A stretch of 34,624 nucleotides of DNA from Pseudomonadota bacterium. GTDB taxonomy: Bacteria; Pseudomonadota; Gammaproteobacteria; Ga0077536. Position 1 is the stretch's first letter; every line of letters begins with the position of its first letter. Below the pieces are notes generated by a model. It saw only the letters and a program-made list of their open reading frames with translations. It was not told the DNA's origin and searched no databases. The position numbers were made by a program, and so were the translations under genes. Below are positions 8,518 through 18,200 of the stretch, one piece after another. The stretch is from positions 1 to 34,624 of the forward strand of contig JANOXY010000151.1 of assembly GCA_031418675.1 (NCBI GenBank). The letters run 5' to 3'.

Positions 8518-9390
8518 ATGATTTACGCACAGCCGAAGTTCAGTCCGGGCGGTGATCGTTACATGCTGATCGAGTTCGGTGATGAAATGAATCTCGATCT
8601 CAATTTCATGGGCCAGGGTCTGGCGTCCGCCCTGGCTGGTGGCACGATTGACGGTGTGATCGAGACTGCGCCGTGTTTCGCAACCACGCTCATTCACTAC
8701 GAGCCTGAAGTCATCGGCTATGACGATCTCAAGCGCGAAGTCGAACAACTGATTGGCGCGCTTGGCAGCAGCGATGATATCGAGATGGACAGTCGCTTGT
8801 TTTACTTCCCCACGCTCTATCTCGATCCCTGGAGCAAGGAATGCATCGACGACTACCGCAGCAAAATCAATCCGAGCAAAGAGCACGACCCCGAATTTGT
8901 TGCGCGCATCAACGGCCTAAGCGACGTCGAACAATTTGTGCGGGTCCATTCGGGCACGGAGTATTGGGCGGCCAGCCTGGGTTTCTGGCCGGGCTTGGCA
9001 TTTCTCATGCCGCTCGATCCACGTTGTCGCTTGACTGCACCGAAGTACAACCCACCGCGCACCTGGACGCCGCAGGGCACCTTGTCCATGGGTGGCATGT
9101 CGACGGCTATCTATCCGGTGGCCAGTCCCGGTGGTTATCAGCTGTTCGGGCGCACGCCCGTGCCGATCTGGGATCGCGAACGGCGCTTTGCCGAATTTGA
9201 AGGGGACCTTTGCATCTTCAAGCCCGGTGACCGTCTGAAATTTGTACCGTGCTCCATGGCGGAATACCTCGAAGTCGAACGCAAGGTCGCCGACGGGAGC
9301 TACAAGTACAACATCGTTGAGTATCAACGCTTCTCGGTTCGCAACTACAAGAACTGGGTGAAGCGTCTTGATCTGACCGCGCGATTCTGA
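8518..9390 (+). CDS. carboxyltransferase CT_C_D / allophanate hydrolase subunit 1 (5-oxoprolinase PxpB-like)
   Basis: GGDRYMLIEFG, EFVARINGL, LGFWPGLAFL, KYNPPRTWTPQG, IYPVASPGGYQLFGRTP, PGDRLKF. RBS GAGGG before ATG 8518. Confidence 0.85.
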   Translation: MIYAQPKFSPGGDRYMLIEFGDEMNLDLNFMGQGLASALAGGTIDGVIETAPCFATTLIHYEPEVIGYDDLKREVEQLIGALGSSDDIEMDSRLFYFPTLYLDPWSKECIDDYRSKINPSKEHDPEFVARINGLSDVEQFVRVHSGTEYWAASLGFWPGLAFLMPLDPRCRLTAPKYNPPRTWTPQGTLSMGGMSTAIYPVASPGGYQLFGRTPVPIWDRERRFAEFEGDLCIFKPGDRLKFVPCSMAEYLEVERKVADGSYKYNIVEYQRFSVRNYKNWVKRLDLTARF

Positions 9391-9402
9391 CGGAGATTGA
9401 TG

Positions 9403-10374
9403 ATGTTCGAAGTGATCAAAGCGGGCCTTGAAACCTCGATTCAGGATTGGCCCGGGCGCATCGGTTATTGGAACAAGGGCTTTCCGCCGTCGGGTCCCAT
9501 GGACTCGTGGTCCTTTCGCCTGGCCAATCTGCTGGTCGGCAACGCACCGGGCGAGGCGGGCCTCGAATGTCAATTCATGGGACCTACATTACGCTTTCGG
9601 CGCGACACCATCATCGCTCTAACCGGAGCCGACATGCAGGCCAAACTCGACGAGCTGCCGTGCCCAATGTGGGAGAGCGTTGCGGTGCGTGCCGGGCAGA
9701 CCCTGGCCATGTCATTTGCCAAGCTGGGTGCGCGGGCTTACATCGCATTTGCCGGCGGCATCGATGCGCCGTTTGTACTCGGCTCGCGCGCAACTTTCCA
9801 TAAGGCTGGCGTCGGCGGTCTGGATGGTTATGCGCTGAAGGCCGGTCAGGTCGTACCGGGATTGCCCGGACAGGGTCGCGCCGGGCGACGGGTGAAAGCG
9901 GCCGCCCGGCCGGTGATCCGCACCGACAAACAATGGCAAGTGGAAGCCGTTGCAGGCCCCAACGACGACTGGATCGACAGCCAAGGCCACGAGCGGTTTT
10001 TGTCGACGCCTTGGAAAGTGTCGAGCAAAAGTGACCGCGCCGGCTTTCGTCTGGAAGGTCCGCCCTGGACCTTTACCGCCAAGGCTTACAACAAATTGCC
10101 CGAGCACGGATCGGAGCCTGCCAACATTCTTGATCAGGGTTATCCGCTGGGCGCCATTAATCTGGCCGGACAGACACCCATCATCCTGGTCAGCGATGGC
10201 CCGAGCATGGGCGGTTTTATCAATCCCTACACGGTGCCGAGCTGTGCGTTTTGGAAACTGGCACAGGCGCGACCGGGCGAGGTCCTCAATTTCAAAGCGG
10301 TGAGCGTGACGGATGCGCAAGCCACGGCGCTTGCCATCAAAAAACTGTGTGTCGAGGACAGTATCGAAAACTAA
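9403..10374 (+). CDS. carboxyltransferase CT_A_B / allophanate hydrolase subunit 2 (5-oxoprolinase PxpC-like)
   Basis: GLETSIQDWPGRIGY...GFPPSGPMD...ANLLVGN, GLECQFMGP, GARAYIAFAGG, SDRAGFRL, TPIILVSDGPSMGGF. RBS GGAG at 9392-9395 (start could also be 9400). Confidence 0.87.
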   Translation: MFEVIKAGLETSIQDWPGRIGYWNKGFPPSGPMDSWSFRLANLLVGNAPGEAGLECQFMGPTLRFRRDTIIALTGADMQAKLDELPCPMWESVAVRAGQTLAMSFAKLGARAYIAFAGGIDAPFVLGSRATFHKAGVGGLDGYALKAGQVVPGLPGQGRAGRRVKAAARPVIRTDKQWQVEAVAGPNDDWIDSQGHERFLSTPWKVSSKSDRAGFRLEGPPWTFTAKAYNKLPEHGSEPANILDQGYPLGAINLAGQTPIILVSDGPSMGGFINPYTVPSCAFWKLAQARPGEVLNFKAVSVTDAQATALAIKKLCVEDSIEN

Positions 10375-10395
10375 CGCGGCGCACAGGCAGCCGGT

Positions 10396-11880
10396 TCAGG
10401 CTGCGGGTTCCAAACCGTTCTGCGCCATCGCCACGGCGCGGAATATGGCGCGGCCTTTGTTCATGGTCTCTTCCCACTCAAGCTGCGGCACGGAGTCGGC
10501 GACAATGCCTGCACCCGCTTCGATATACAGCCGGCCCCGATGCATGACGGCGGTGCGGATGGCAATGGCCGTATCCATATTGCCGTTCCACGAGAGATAA
10601 CCCACCGCGCCGCCGTAGATACCCCGTTTGACCGGCTCGAGTTCGTCGATGATCTGCATCGCGCGTATTTTTGGTGCGCCCGACAGCGTGCCTACTGGCA
10701 GCGTCGCGCGCAGCACATCCAGGGCACTCTTATCCGCGCGCAGTCGACCTTCAACGTTCGACGAGATGTGCATGACATGGGAGTAGCGCTCAATAATCAT
10801 CTGCTCGGTGATGCGCACGCTGCCAATTTCGACCACCCGACCGATGTCGTTGCGGTGCAGGTCGATAAGCATGAGGTGCTCGGCAAGTTCTTTCGGATCG
10901 TTGAGTAACTCCTGCTCAAGCGCGGCATCTTCTTCTGGGGTGCGGCCGCGCGACCGGGTACCCGCCAGCGGCCGCGAAGTGACGATGCCGTTTTCGAGTC
11001 GGACTAATACCTCGGGCGACGAACCGATTACTTGGAAATCGCCAAGATCGAGGAAGAATAGATAGGGCGATGGATTGAGATGGCGCAGGGCGCGATAGAT
11101 GTTGAGTGGCGGCAGCGAAAGCTCCACTGACATACGCTGAGCGAGTACCACCTGCATCACATCACCATCGACAATGTACTGCTTGATGCGCTCTACCGCT
11201 TGTTTGAATGCGTCGCTGCCAAACTCCGATTGAAAATCAATCTCGTCCAACGGGGCGCCGTTTGAGTGCAATGGGAAGGTCGGTGCTGGCGACCGCAGGC
11301 GAGCGGCCAATGTTTCCAACTCTCGTTTAGCGTCCTCCAGCAGCGTATCGTCGGCCACGTCGACATACTGGACCAGCAGCAGTTCGCCACGCAGATTATC
11401 GAAGACCACAAACTTGTCGACCTGCATGAGATAGATGTCAGGTGTACCCAGCGGGTCGGGCGGGGTTGAGGTGCGCAGACGGGGTTCGACATAACGCACG
11501 GTGTCGTAGCCGAAGTAACCGACCAGCCCACCACAGAAGCGCGGTAGTTCGGCCACCGCCGGCGCATGGATACGAGCCTGATAGGTGGCGATGAAAGTTA
11601 ACGGATCGTCGCTATCAAACTGCTCGACCGGCACCCCGTTGTCGCACACTGAAACCTGTGTACCGCGTACCACGATGGTCCGCACTGCCGGCAGGCCGAT
11701 AATGGAATAGCGCCCCCACTTCTCGCCGCCCTCGACCGATTCGAGCAGAAAAGAATGACGACCTAGCGCCAGCTTGGCATAAGCGCTGAGCGGGGTGTCG
11801 AGGTCGGCCAGCACGCGGCGCGTGACCGGAATGCGGTTGTAACCGGCCGCGCGCAGTTGTCTGAATTGTTCAGGTGTCAC
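10396..11880 (-). CDS. trpE: anthranilate synthase component I
   Basis: GTG start giving MTPEQF...GYNRIPV...[94 protein letters not shown]. Confidence 0.96.
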   Translation of the reverse strand: MTPEQFRQLRAAGYNRIPVTRRVLADLDTPLSAYAKLALGRHSFLLESVEGGEKWGRYSIIGLPAVRTIVVRGTQVSVCDNGVPVEQFDSDDPLTFIATYQARIHAPAVAELPRFCGGLVGYFGYDTVRYVEPRLRTSTPPDPLGTPDIYLMQVDKFVVFDNLRGELLLVQYVDVADDTLLEDAKRELETLAARLRSPAPTFPLHSNGAPLDEIDFQSEFGSDAFKQAVERIKQYIVDGDVMQVVLAQRMSVELSLPPLNIYRALRHLNPSPYLFFLDLGDFQVIGSSPEVLVRLENGIVTSRPLAGTRSRGRTPEEDAALEQELLNDPKELAEHLMLIDLHRNDIGRVVEIGSVRITEQMIIERYSHVMHISSNVEGRLRADKSALDVLRATLPVGTLSGAPKIRAMQIIDELEPVKRGIYGGAVGYLSWNGNMDTAIAIRTAVMHRGRLYIEAGAGIVADSVPQLEWEETMNKGRAIFRAVAMAQNGLEPAA

Positions 11881-12210
11881 GGGTGCGTTCTCTGCTGTGG
11901 GCGTGTCTCGATTCGGCGGGTCGCCGCAGAGGCACCGCGTCCGCTGCGGGGCGGCAAGCGTAATCGATTCGCGACAGCCCAACAAGGCGACGCCTCGAGC
12001 TGGACATGGCCACGGGTTATGTCCCCGCGGCCCCCCCAATTTGGCCTTCGAGCAGTTGCATTGGTCTGGTAGTTCGCGCCGCGTTCGCTTTTATCGGCGC
12101 GCGTGAGCGAACTAAAAGCCATCCGTCGCCAGTGTCCCGTCAGCGCGGGATCACTTGGAAAATCCAGGTAGCAGAGAGCGTTTAAATTCTCGTTTGGATA
12201 GGCTCGTGAG

Positions 12211-12417
12211 TCAGGAACTCAAGGACTGGTCATTGGTGTAGAAAATGCCCGTCAGCTCCTGCTTTTCGGTCAAGGCGAGACGCAACAGCACCCGTGCGCC
12301 AATTGCGCGGGCGCGGCTGAATACTTCATCGGCGGTCTCAAACGGAATGTATTCGCCATTGAGATCTCGATACCCGTGAAAGCGGGCGGACTGGTTTAGC
12401 TTCTTGATCGCGTTCAT
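12211..12417 (-). CDS. small hypothetical protein (68 aa)
   Basis: RBS GGAG 7 nt before ATG, protein-like composition, lies in otherwise non-coding space. No family recognised. Confidence 0.6.
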   Translation of the reverse strand: MNAIKKLNQSARFHGYRDLNGEYIPFETADEVFSRARAIGARVLLRLALTEKQELTGIFYTNDQSLSS

Positions 12418-12536
12418 GGTCGGCTCCGTGGCTCAAAAATCATTTGCCAGTGACCTAGCAACTAGCGTTCCAATGGCCACAAGCCCTATGTAGAGCCCTC
12501 AGGAATGAGAACCGGTTGGTGTTTCTATCGGCGTTC

Positions 12537-12552
12537 TGTGATGGGTGTCTCG
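12537..12552. promoter_or_regulatory. possible CRP/Vfr site
   Basis: TGTGA-tgggtg-TCTCG, 8/10 match to TGTGA-N6-TCACA, intergenic, ~120 bp upstream of the 68-aa ORF. Confidence 0.35.
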
Positions 12553-12772
12553 CCCGCCTGGAAATTTGTCTTTCAAGTCGCGAGGCAGATTGTCTCCTGC
12601 AGGCGACGGCGCTCTTCCGACGCAACCCGTGTGCCATGCCACAGCATGTGTGAGCGCAACGGCGACGCCAATCGGTAGAGAAATTAGCTGTCATCGCGTT
12701 CCCTGCGGGTGAAAGCACACTAAATATGTCGAGCTCACGCGGCTTGCATGTGAAACGCCGCAAGCTCAGGTC

Positions 12773-13957
12773 TCAATGCTGCTTTTTTAGCGCCTTCATG
12801 GCTCGTTCCAGGCCATCGATAGTCAGCGGAAACATGCGATCTGTCATGAGTTCCTTGACCATTCCTATCGACGGAATATGACCCCAATATTCTTCCGCTT
12901 GGGGGTTTAACCACACCGCATAGGGAAACACGGAAAGCATGCGCGCTATCCAGGTGGCGCCGGCTTCTTCGTTCCAATGCTCGACGCTGCCACCGACTGC
13001 CATGATCTCATAGGGGCTCATGGTTCCGTCGCCGACGAAAACCAGTTTGTGATCGGCGCCGTAGGTATGCATCACCTTCTGGGTTGGTACACGTACATTG
13101 GCGCGCAGGCTGTTGTCGCGCCACATCGTTTCATAAATGAAGTTGTGAAAATAATAATGTTCGAGATGCTTGAACTCACTGCGTGCTGCGGAAAACAGTT
13201 CTTCGCACACCCGTACATAGGGGTCCATCGAACCGCCGACGTCAAGGAACAGCAGCAGCTTGGTGGCATTGTGCCGCTCGGGCACCATTTTTATGTCGAG
13301 CAGGCCGGCGTTACGCGCTGTCGAACGGATCGTATCCGGCAGATCCAGTTCATCGGCGGCGCCCTCTCGTGCAAAGCGTCGCAGCTTGCGCAGCGCGAGA
13401 TTGATATTGCGCGTACCGAGCTCTACCGAATCATCGAGGTTTTTGAATTCGCGCCGCTCCCAGACCTTGGTCGCGCGCCCATGTTTGCCTTCGTCCTGAC
13501 CGATACGCACGCCTTCCGGGTTATAACCGTGGGCGCCAAACGGTGATGTGCCACCGGTACCGATCATTTTGTTGCCGCCGTGATGGGCTTTTTTCTGTTC
13601 TTCAAGTCGCTGACGCAAGGTTTCCATTAGCTTGTCCCAGCCACCCAGCGCTTCGATCTGTGCTTTTTCCTCCTCAGTAAGATTCAACTCTTTCTGCTTG
13701 CGCAGCCACTCCAAGGGAATCTCACCGAGCAGATGATCAAAAAGCATTTCCTGGCCGCGGAAATGTTCGCCAAACACTTGATCGAAACGATCAAAAAATC
13801 GTTCGTCCTTGACCAGCGAGGCCCGCGACAGGTAATAAAAATCATTGATGCTGAAACCGCACACACGCGCTTCGAGGGCGCCCATCAAGGTCAGATACTC
13901 AGTGATCGACACCGGTATCTGCACCTTGCGCAGCTTGTAGAAGAGCTCAGTTAGCAC
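12773..13957 (-). CDS. VWA (CoxE-like) domain protein, partner of the MoxR ATPase
   Basis: GTG start overlapping the moxR stop by 11 bp. FYYLSRASLVKDERFFDRFDQVF, HGGNKMIGTGGTSPFG, MIDAS-like FLDVGGSMD, YFHNFIYE, VFVGDGTMSPYEI, WLNP. Confidence 0.88.
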   Translation of the reverse strand: MLTELFYKLRKVQIPVSITEYLTLMGALEARVCGFSINDFYYLSRASLVKDERFFDRFDQVFGEHFRGQEMLFDHLLGEIPLEWLRKQKELNLTEEEKAQIEALGGWDKLMETLRQRLEEQKKAHHGGNKMIGTGGTSPFGAHGYNPEGVRIGQDEGKHGRATKVWERREFKNLDDSVELGTRNINLALRKLRRFAREGAADELDLPDTIRSTARNAGLLDIKMVPERHNATKLLLFLDVGGSMDPYVRVCEELFSAARSEFKHLEHYYFHNFIYETMWRDNSLRANVRVPTQKVMHTYGADHKLVFVGDGTMSPYEIMAVGGSVEHWNEEAGATWIARMLSVFPYAVWLNPQAEEYWGHIPSIGMVKELMTDRMFPLTIDGLERAMKALKKQH

Positions 13958-14807
13958 CAGTCGTACGCCTCGACATAAACACCAGGCGCTCAAACAAGTG
14001 CATGTCCTGTTCGTTCTTCAGCATCGCGCCGTAGAGTTTCGGTATCGCGCGGCGGGTGTCTTTTTCCCGTAGCGCTTCGGGTGGAATGTCCTCGGCTACC
14101 AGCAGCTTGATCCAATCCAGCAACTCTGAGGTCGATGGGCGCTTTTTTAAGCCTGGAATCTCGCGCAGTTCAAAGAAACATTCCATTGCTTCAGCGAGCA
14201 GACGCTTTTTGATGTCCGGGAAGTGGACATGAATGATGGAGTCCATCGTCTCGCGATCGGGGAACTGAATGTAGTGAAAGAAGCAGCGCCGCAGGAACGC
14301 GTCAGGTAGTTCCTTTTCATTGTTGCTGGTGATGATGATGATCGGACGGTTCTTGGCTTTGATGGTCTGCTGGGTTTCGTAGACGTAAAACTCCATGCGG
14401 TCGAGTTCCAGCAGCAAATCGTTAGGAAACTCTATGTCTGCCTTGTCGATTTCGTCGATCAGCAGTACCGGCTGGTTGTCGGCTTCGAATGCTTCCCACA
14501 ACTTACCTTTGACGATGTAGTTGGCGATGTCGTTGACGCCTCTTTCGCCAAGCTGTGAATCCCGCAGTCGTGCCACGGCGTCGTATTCATACAGCCCTTG
14601 AGCAGCCTTGGTCGTGGATTTGATGTGCCATTGAATTAGCGGGCGACCGAGCGAACTGGCAATCTCCTCGGCAAGCATGGTCTTGCCGGTGCCCGGTTCA
14701 CCTTTGACGAGCAACGGACGTTGCAAGGTGACCGCAGCGTTCACTGCCATCATAAGGTCTTCGGTTACGATGTATTTATCGGTGCCGGAAAAGCGTTGGT
14801 TCGACAT
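13947..14807 (-). CDS. MoxR family AAA+ ATPase (PA2707-like)
   Basis: Walker A GEPGTGKT, Walker B LLIDEIDKADIEFPNDLL, TSNNEKELPDAFLRRC. Start MSNQRFSGTDKY at ATG 14807. Confidence 0.93.
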   Translation of the reverse strand: MSNQRFSGTDKYIVTEDLMMAVNAAVTLQRPLLVKGEPGTGKTMLAEEIASSLGRPLIQWHIKSTTKAAQGLYEYDAVARLRDSQLGERGVNDIANYIVKGKLWEAFEADNQPVLLIDEIDKADIEFPNDLLLELDRMEFYVYETQQTIKAKNRPIIIITSNNEKELPDAFLRRCFFHYIQFPDRETMDSIIHVHFPDIKKRLLAEAMECFFELREIPGLKKRPSTSELLDWIKLLVAEDIPPEALREKDTRRAIPKLYGAMLKNEQDMHLFERLVFMSRRTTGAN

Positions 14808-14836
14808 GTGGCCCACAGGTGTTGAAATACAAAGCC

Positions 14837-14867
14837 ATTGTAAAACACGGTCGCGGCCAGGATTCAA
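14837..14867 (-). promoter_or_regulatory. possible sigma70 promoter for moxR-vWA
   Basis: Minus strand TTGAAT-N19-TACAAT, 30 bp upstream of the ATG. The spacer is longer than optimal. Confidence 0.3.
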
Positions 14868-15216
14868 CCACCGGTAACACGACAAACGGCATGCGGCACG
14901 AGAATTACACGCAGTCGGGCCCGGCGCAGCGTGGCGCAGCCTGTTGCCACTGCCTGATTTGCAGCTGCCGTTGGGTCCAGGGCTATCGGCCACCAGGTCA
15001 TTTTTGGGGGCCTACTAGAAAGTGTGGGGACAATCGACGGCTGAGACTTGAGCACGGTCACCGACGCGACCGCAGTGTTGCGCCGCCGGCGGGTTCTAGT
15101 GCGCAGGTCAGCTGCATGACACTGGGTTGGGGGGAGGCCAATCAGGCCGCCGCGTGCCTGACCAGAAGAATTCAATAACACGCTTGCCGCCGTGCACGGT
15201 AGGAGACAATCCCCGC

Positions 15217-18200
15217 TCAGCTGCGCGGTGTGAGTTGTGACCGAATTTCGTCCAACATACTTTGGGCCTGTTGTTTCTGCTGGGCTTTAGCAGCCGCGGC
15301 GCGCGCACGGATACGGTCGACCATATCCTTTTGCCGGGACAGAATCTCCCGTTGCAGGTGGGATTCCTGGGCGTCGTCCTGTTCGCCCACCCAGTCCTTG
15401 AGTTCCTTGTGCAATAGCTGATTGATCTCGGTGGCGGTGTTATAGGTCCGCTCGAGTTCGTCTTCATGTTCCTCTGCGGCGTTAACGATAGCGGACTCGG
15501 CTTCGATGGCTTGGGCAAGTTCGCGGCTGGCCGCTGACGCGCGCTCTTCGATTTCGCTGATATGACTATCGATTTCACGGGCGGTGGCGGCGCTTTCGGC
15601 GGCGGCCTTGCGGCTACGAGCCGCGGCAAGTTCGCGTTCAGCGGCGACTTTGAACGCTTCTGCTTCCTTGCGCGCACGCACGGCCTCGGTTTTGAGTTTT
15701 TCAATGCGTTCGGCTTCGGCGCGCAGTTTTTCGCGCTCGCGTGCAAATAAGGCCTGCTGCTCCGCCAGCAGGTTCTGCTGCTGACGCTTGTACTCGGCGA
15801 TCGTGTGTTGCGCATCGGCTGCGGTGGCTTCTTTGGCGGCAATTGCCGCAGCCCGCTCTTCGCGTGCCCGGTCAAGCTCAGTGGTGGCGTGGGATACCGC
15901 CAGTTCGAACTTGTGGCGCTCGCTTGCCAGTTCTTTACGCAAGGCATCACGCAGTTCCGCCTCTCGTCCAGCCTGCATGGATTCGAGCTTGTCAGCCTGT
16001 TGCTGGTAAAGCTCGGCGAGGCGACGTTCTTCGTCTTGCAGGCGCAGCGCTGCCGCGCGCTCGAGTTCTTCGAGTCGCTTGTCCACCTCGGCGTGTTCTC
16101 GCGCAACCGCTTCTTCGGCCAGTGCTTGCTGTGTGAGCAATGTGGCTTTGAGTTTTTCGGCTTCAGCCAGGCGCGTGGTCAGGAGTTCGGCCTCGCGCTC
16201 AATGCGCTGTTGCTGTTCTTGCAAACGTTGACGGCTAGCGGCTTCCGCTGCGCTGGAACGTTGTTGCCGCTCAAGATCTGCTTTGAGCTGCTCGACTTCG
16301 GCGAGCTTTTCGTCGAGCTCGAGGGCTTCCTGCTGGATGCGCAATTGTTCTTCGACGAGGCGCTGGCGGGCGCTTTCTGCACGGGCGGCCTCCCGCTGCC
16401 GTTCGGCAAGATCGGCCTTGAGCTGCTCGGCTTCGGCCAGGCGCGCATTGAGCAAGGCTGCTTCGCTTTCCATGCGTTGTTGCAGTTCCTGTGCGCGCGC
16501 GGCCAAGGCTTCTTCGTGCAGCCTGGCCTGGGCAGCAATCTCAGCTTGTTGTGCTGCCAAGGCAATTTGCGCAGCCTGCTCACGGCTGGCGGCCTCAGCC
16601 TGGCGCCGTTCGAGCTCAAGACGACTGGCCTGCTCGCGGGCTGCAACTTCAGCTTGCTGGCGCTCAAGCTCGGCACGCGCGGCCTGTTCGCGGGTGGCGG
16701 CGTCGACTTGTAGGCGTTCGAGCTCGGCACGCGCTGCGTGTTCACGGGTGGCGGCTTCGGTTTGCAGGCGCTCGAGCTCGGCGCGCGCGGCCTGCTCACG
16801 AGCCAAGGTTTCAGCTTGTCGACGTTCGAGCTCCGCCCGGGCGTTTTGGTCGCGCGCCGATGTCGCCTGCTGGCGTTCGATTTCCATACGTACGGCGAGC
16901 TCGTGTGCCGCCACTTCGCTCTCGCGCCGTTCGGCTTCTGCGCGCTTTGCCTGCTCGCGTGCTTGCACCTCGGCCTGCTGGCGAATAGCTTCGGTCTGGG
17001 CTGCACGTTCACGTTCTGCCAGCGCGTTTTTGAGCGACTCGGCTTCAGCCATTTTGCGCTCGAGTGCCGAGAACTCGGCCGCCAGCCGCGCCCGTTCACG
17101 TTCGAGTTTTTCGGCTACGTATTGTTCTGCTTCAGCCTTCATGGCCTGCGCTTCGGCCATCATTTTCTGGGCTTGTTCGATGGTCAGATCCGCTTTCGCG
17201 ACCTCGGCACCGAGTGATGAGGCCCGCGCGGCGGCCTCCAGCACGGCATCGGCAGGCGGCGGCGCTGCGACCACCACGGGTGCGACAGCGGAGACCACCG
17301 GTGCTGTCAGGCCGGGCGCCTCGCGCGCTGTTGCTGGTGGGCCGGCCACCGGCGTAGGTTCAGCGAGTGCGCCGTCTTCGACAAAACAAACCTCGAAGCC
17401 CCGCTCGGCGAGCAGAAAAGCCGCCGCTGAGCTGCGACCGCCGGTGTCGCAATAAGCAACGTAGCGACCGGAGTTGTCGAGTTCGCCGGCGCGGGTCCGC
17501 AGCACGCCAAGCGGAATGTTGAGACTACCGGGCAGGCCGTTGTGGGCATGTTCGTCTTCAAAGCGCACGTCCAACCAGCGCGCGCCAGCGGCGACTAATC
17601 GCTCAGCCTCCGCTCGGTCGACCTGGTTCAAGAGGGGTGCTTTGACCAGCCGCGTGAAGTCGGCCTTAGTTAACCGCGCCAGCTCGCCGGCGGAGGTCAT
17701 GCGTACCGTGGCGTTACGGCGCGCGCCTGAAATCAGCGCCTCCTCACCAAAGGTATCACCGGGGCCCAGTTCGGCCAGCCGTATCTCACGTTTGTTGCTG
17801 CCTTTGCGTACCACTTCGCAGGTGCCGCTTTGCACCGCGTAGTAATAATCACCAGGCTCACCCTGCTTGATGACCTCATCGCCGGCCGCGACCGAGACCG
17901 CCTCCAGGGTATCGAGCAGACCCTGAATATTGGACGGTGGGATGCGGGTGAACAGTTCCGACTGCAGCAGGGTCATTAGCCAGTCGCCCGATTGACCAGC
18001 TTCCATTTCTTCCACTTCAACGCCGCTGGGGATGCCGTTATCGCCATCGACCGGGCTGTCCAGGCTGAGCAATTGTTCAAGCAAGCTGCGCCGCACGCGC
18101 AGCACATTTGCCTTGGTTTTTGCGATGGCTGTCATCTGTCGCGGCTGAAGTTGTGCCAAAGGCTGAAAGGATGCGCCTTCGCCGCCGCTAACTCGTTTGA

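Noticed and set aside
11881-12210. Classical trp attenuator with leader peptide
   Set aside because: No short ORF with tandem Trp codons on the minus strand and no hairpin plus U-tract before trpE. The 11877-12122 ORF has a single Trp and no clear RBS.
12455-12763. 102-aa ORF between the VWA gene and the 68-aa gene
   Set aside because: Arg/Cys-rich, with no RBS; the region looks regulatory.
15047-15062. CTTGA-N6-TCACC as a CRP site
   Set aside because: A 7/10 match is expected by chance, and no promoter geometry supports it.
14819-15181. ORFs 14819-15178 (+) and 14864-15181 (-) in the intergenic gap
   Set aside because: Non-ATG starts without an RBS, atypical composition and overlap with the putative moxR promoter.
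15108-17455. Long alternative-frame and antisense ORFs (e.g. 16283-17455 +, 15805-16713 +, 16179-17099 -, 15108-16106 -)
   Set aside because: Shadow ORFs of the GC-rich, repetitive coiled-coil gene, with Ser/Arg/Ala-biased translations and no recognisable motifs.
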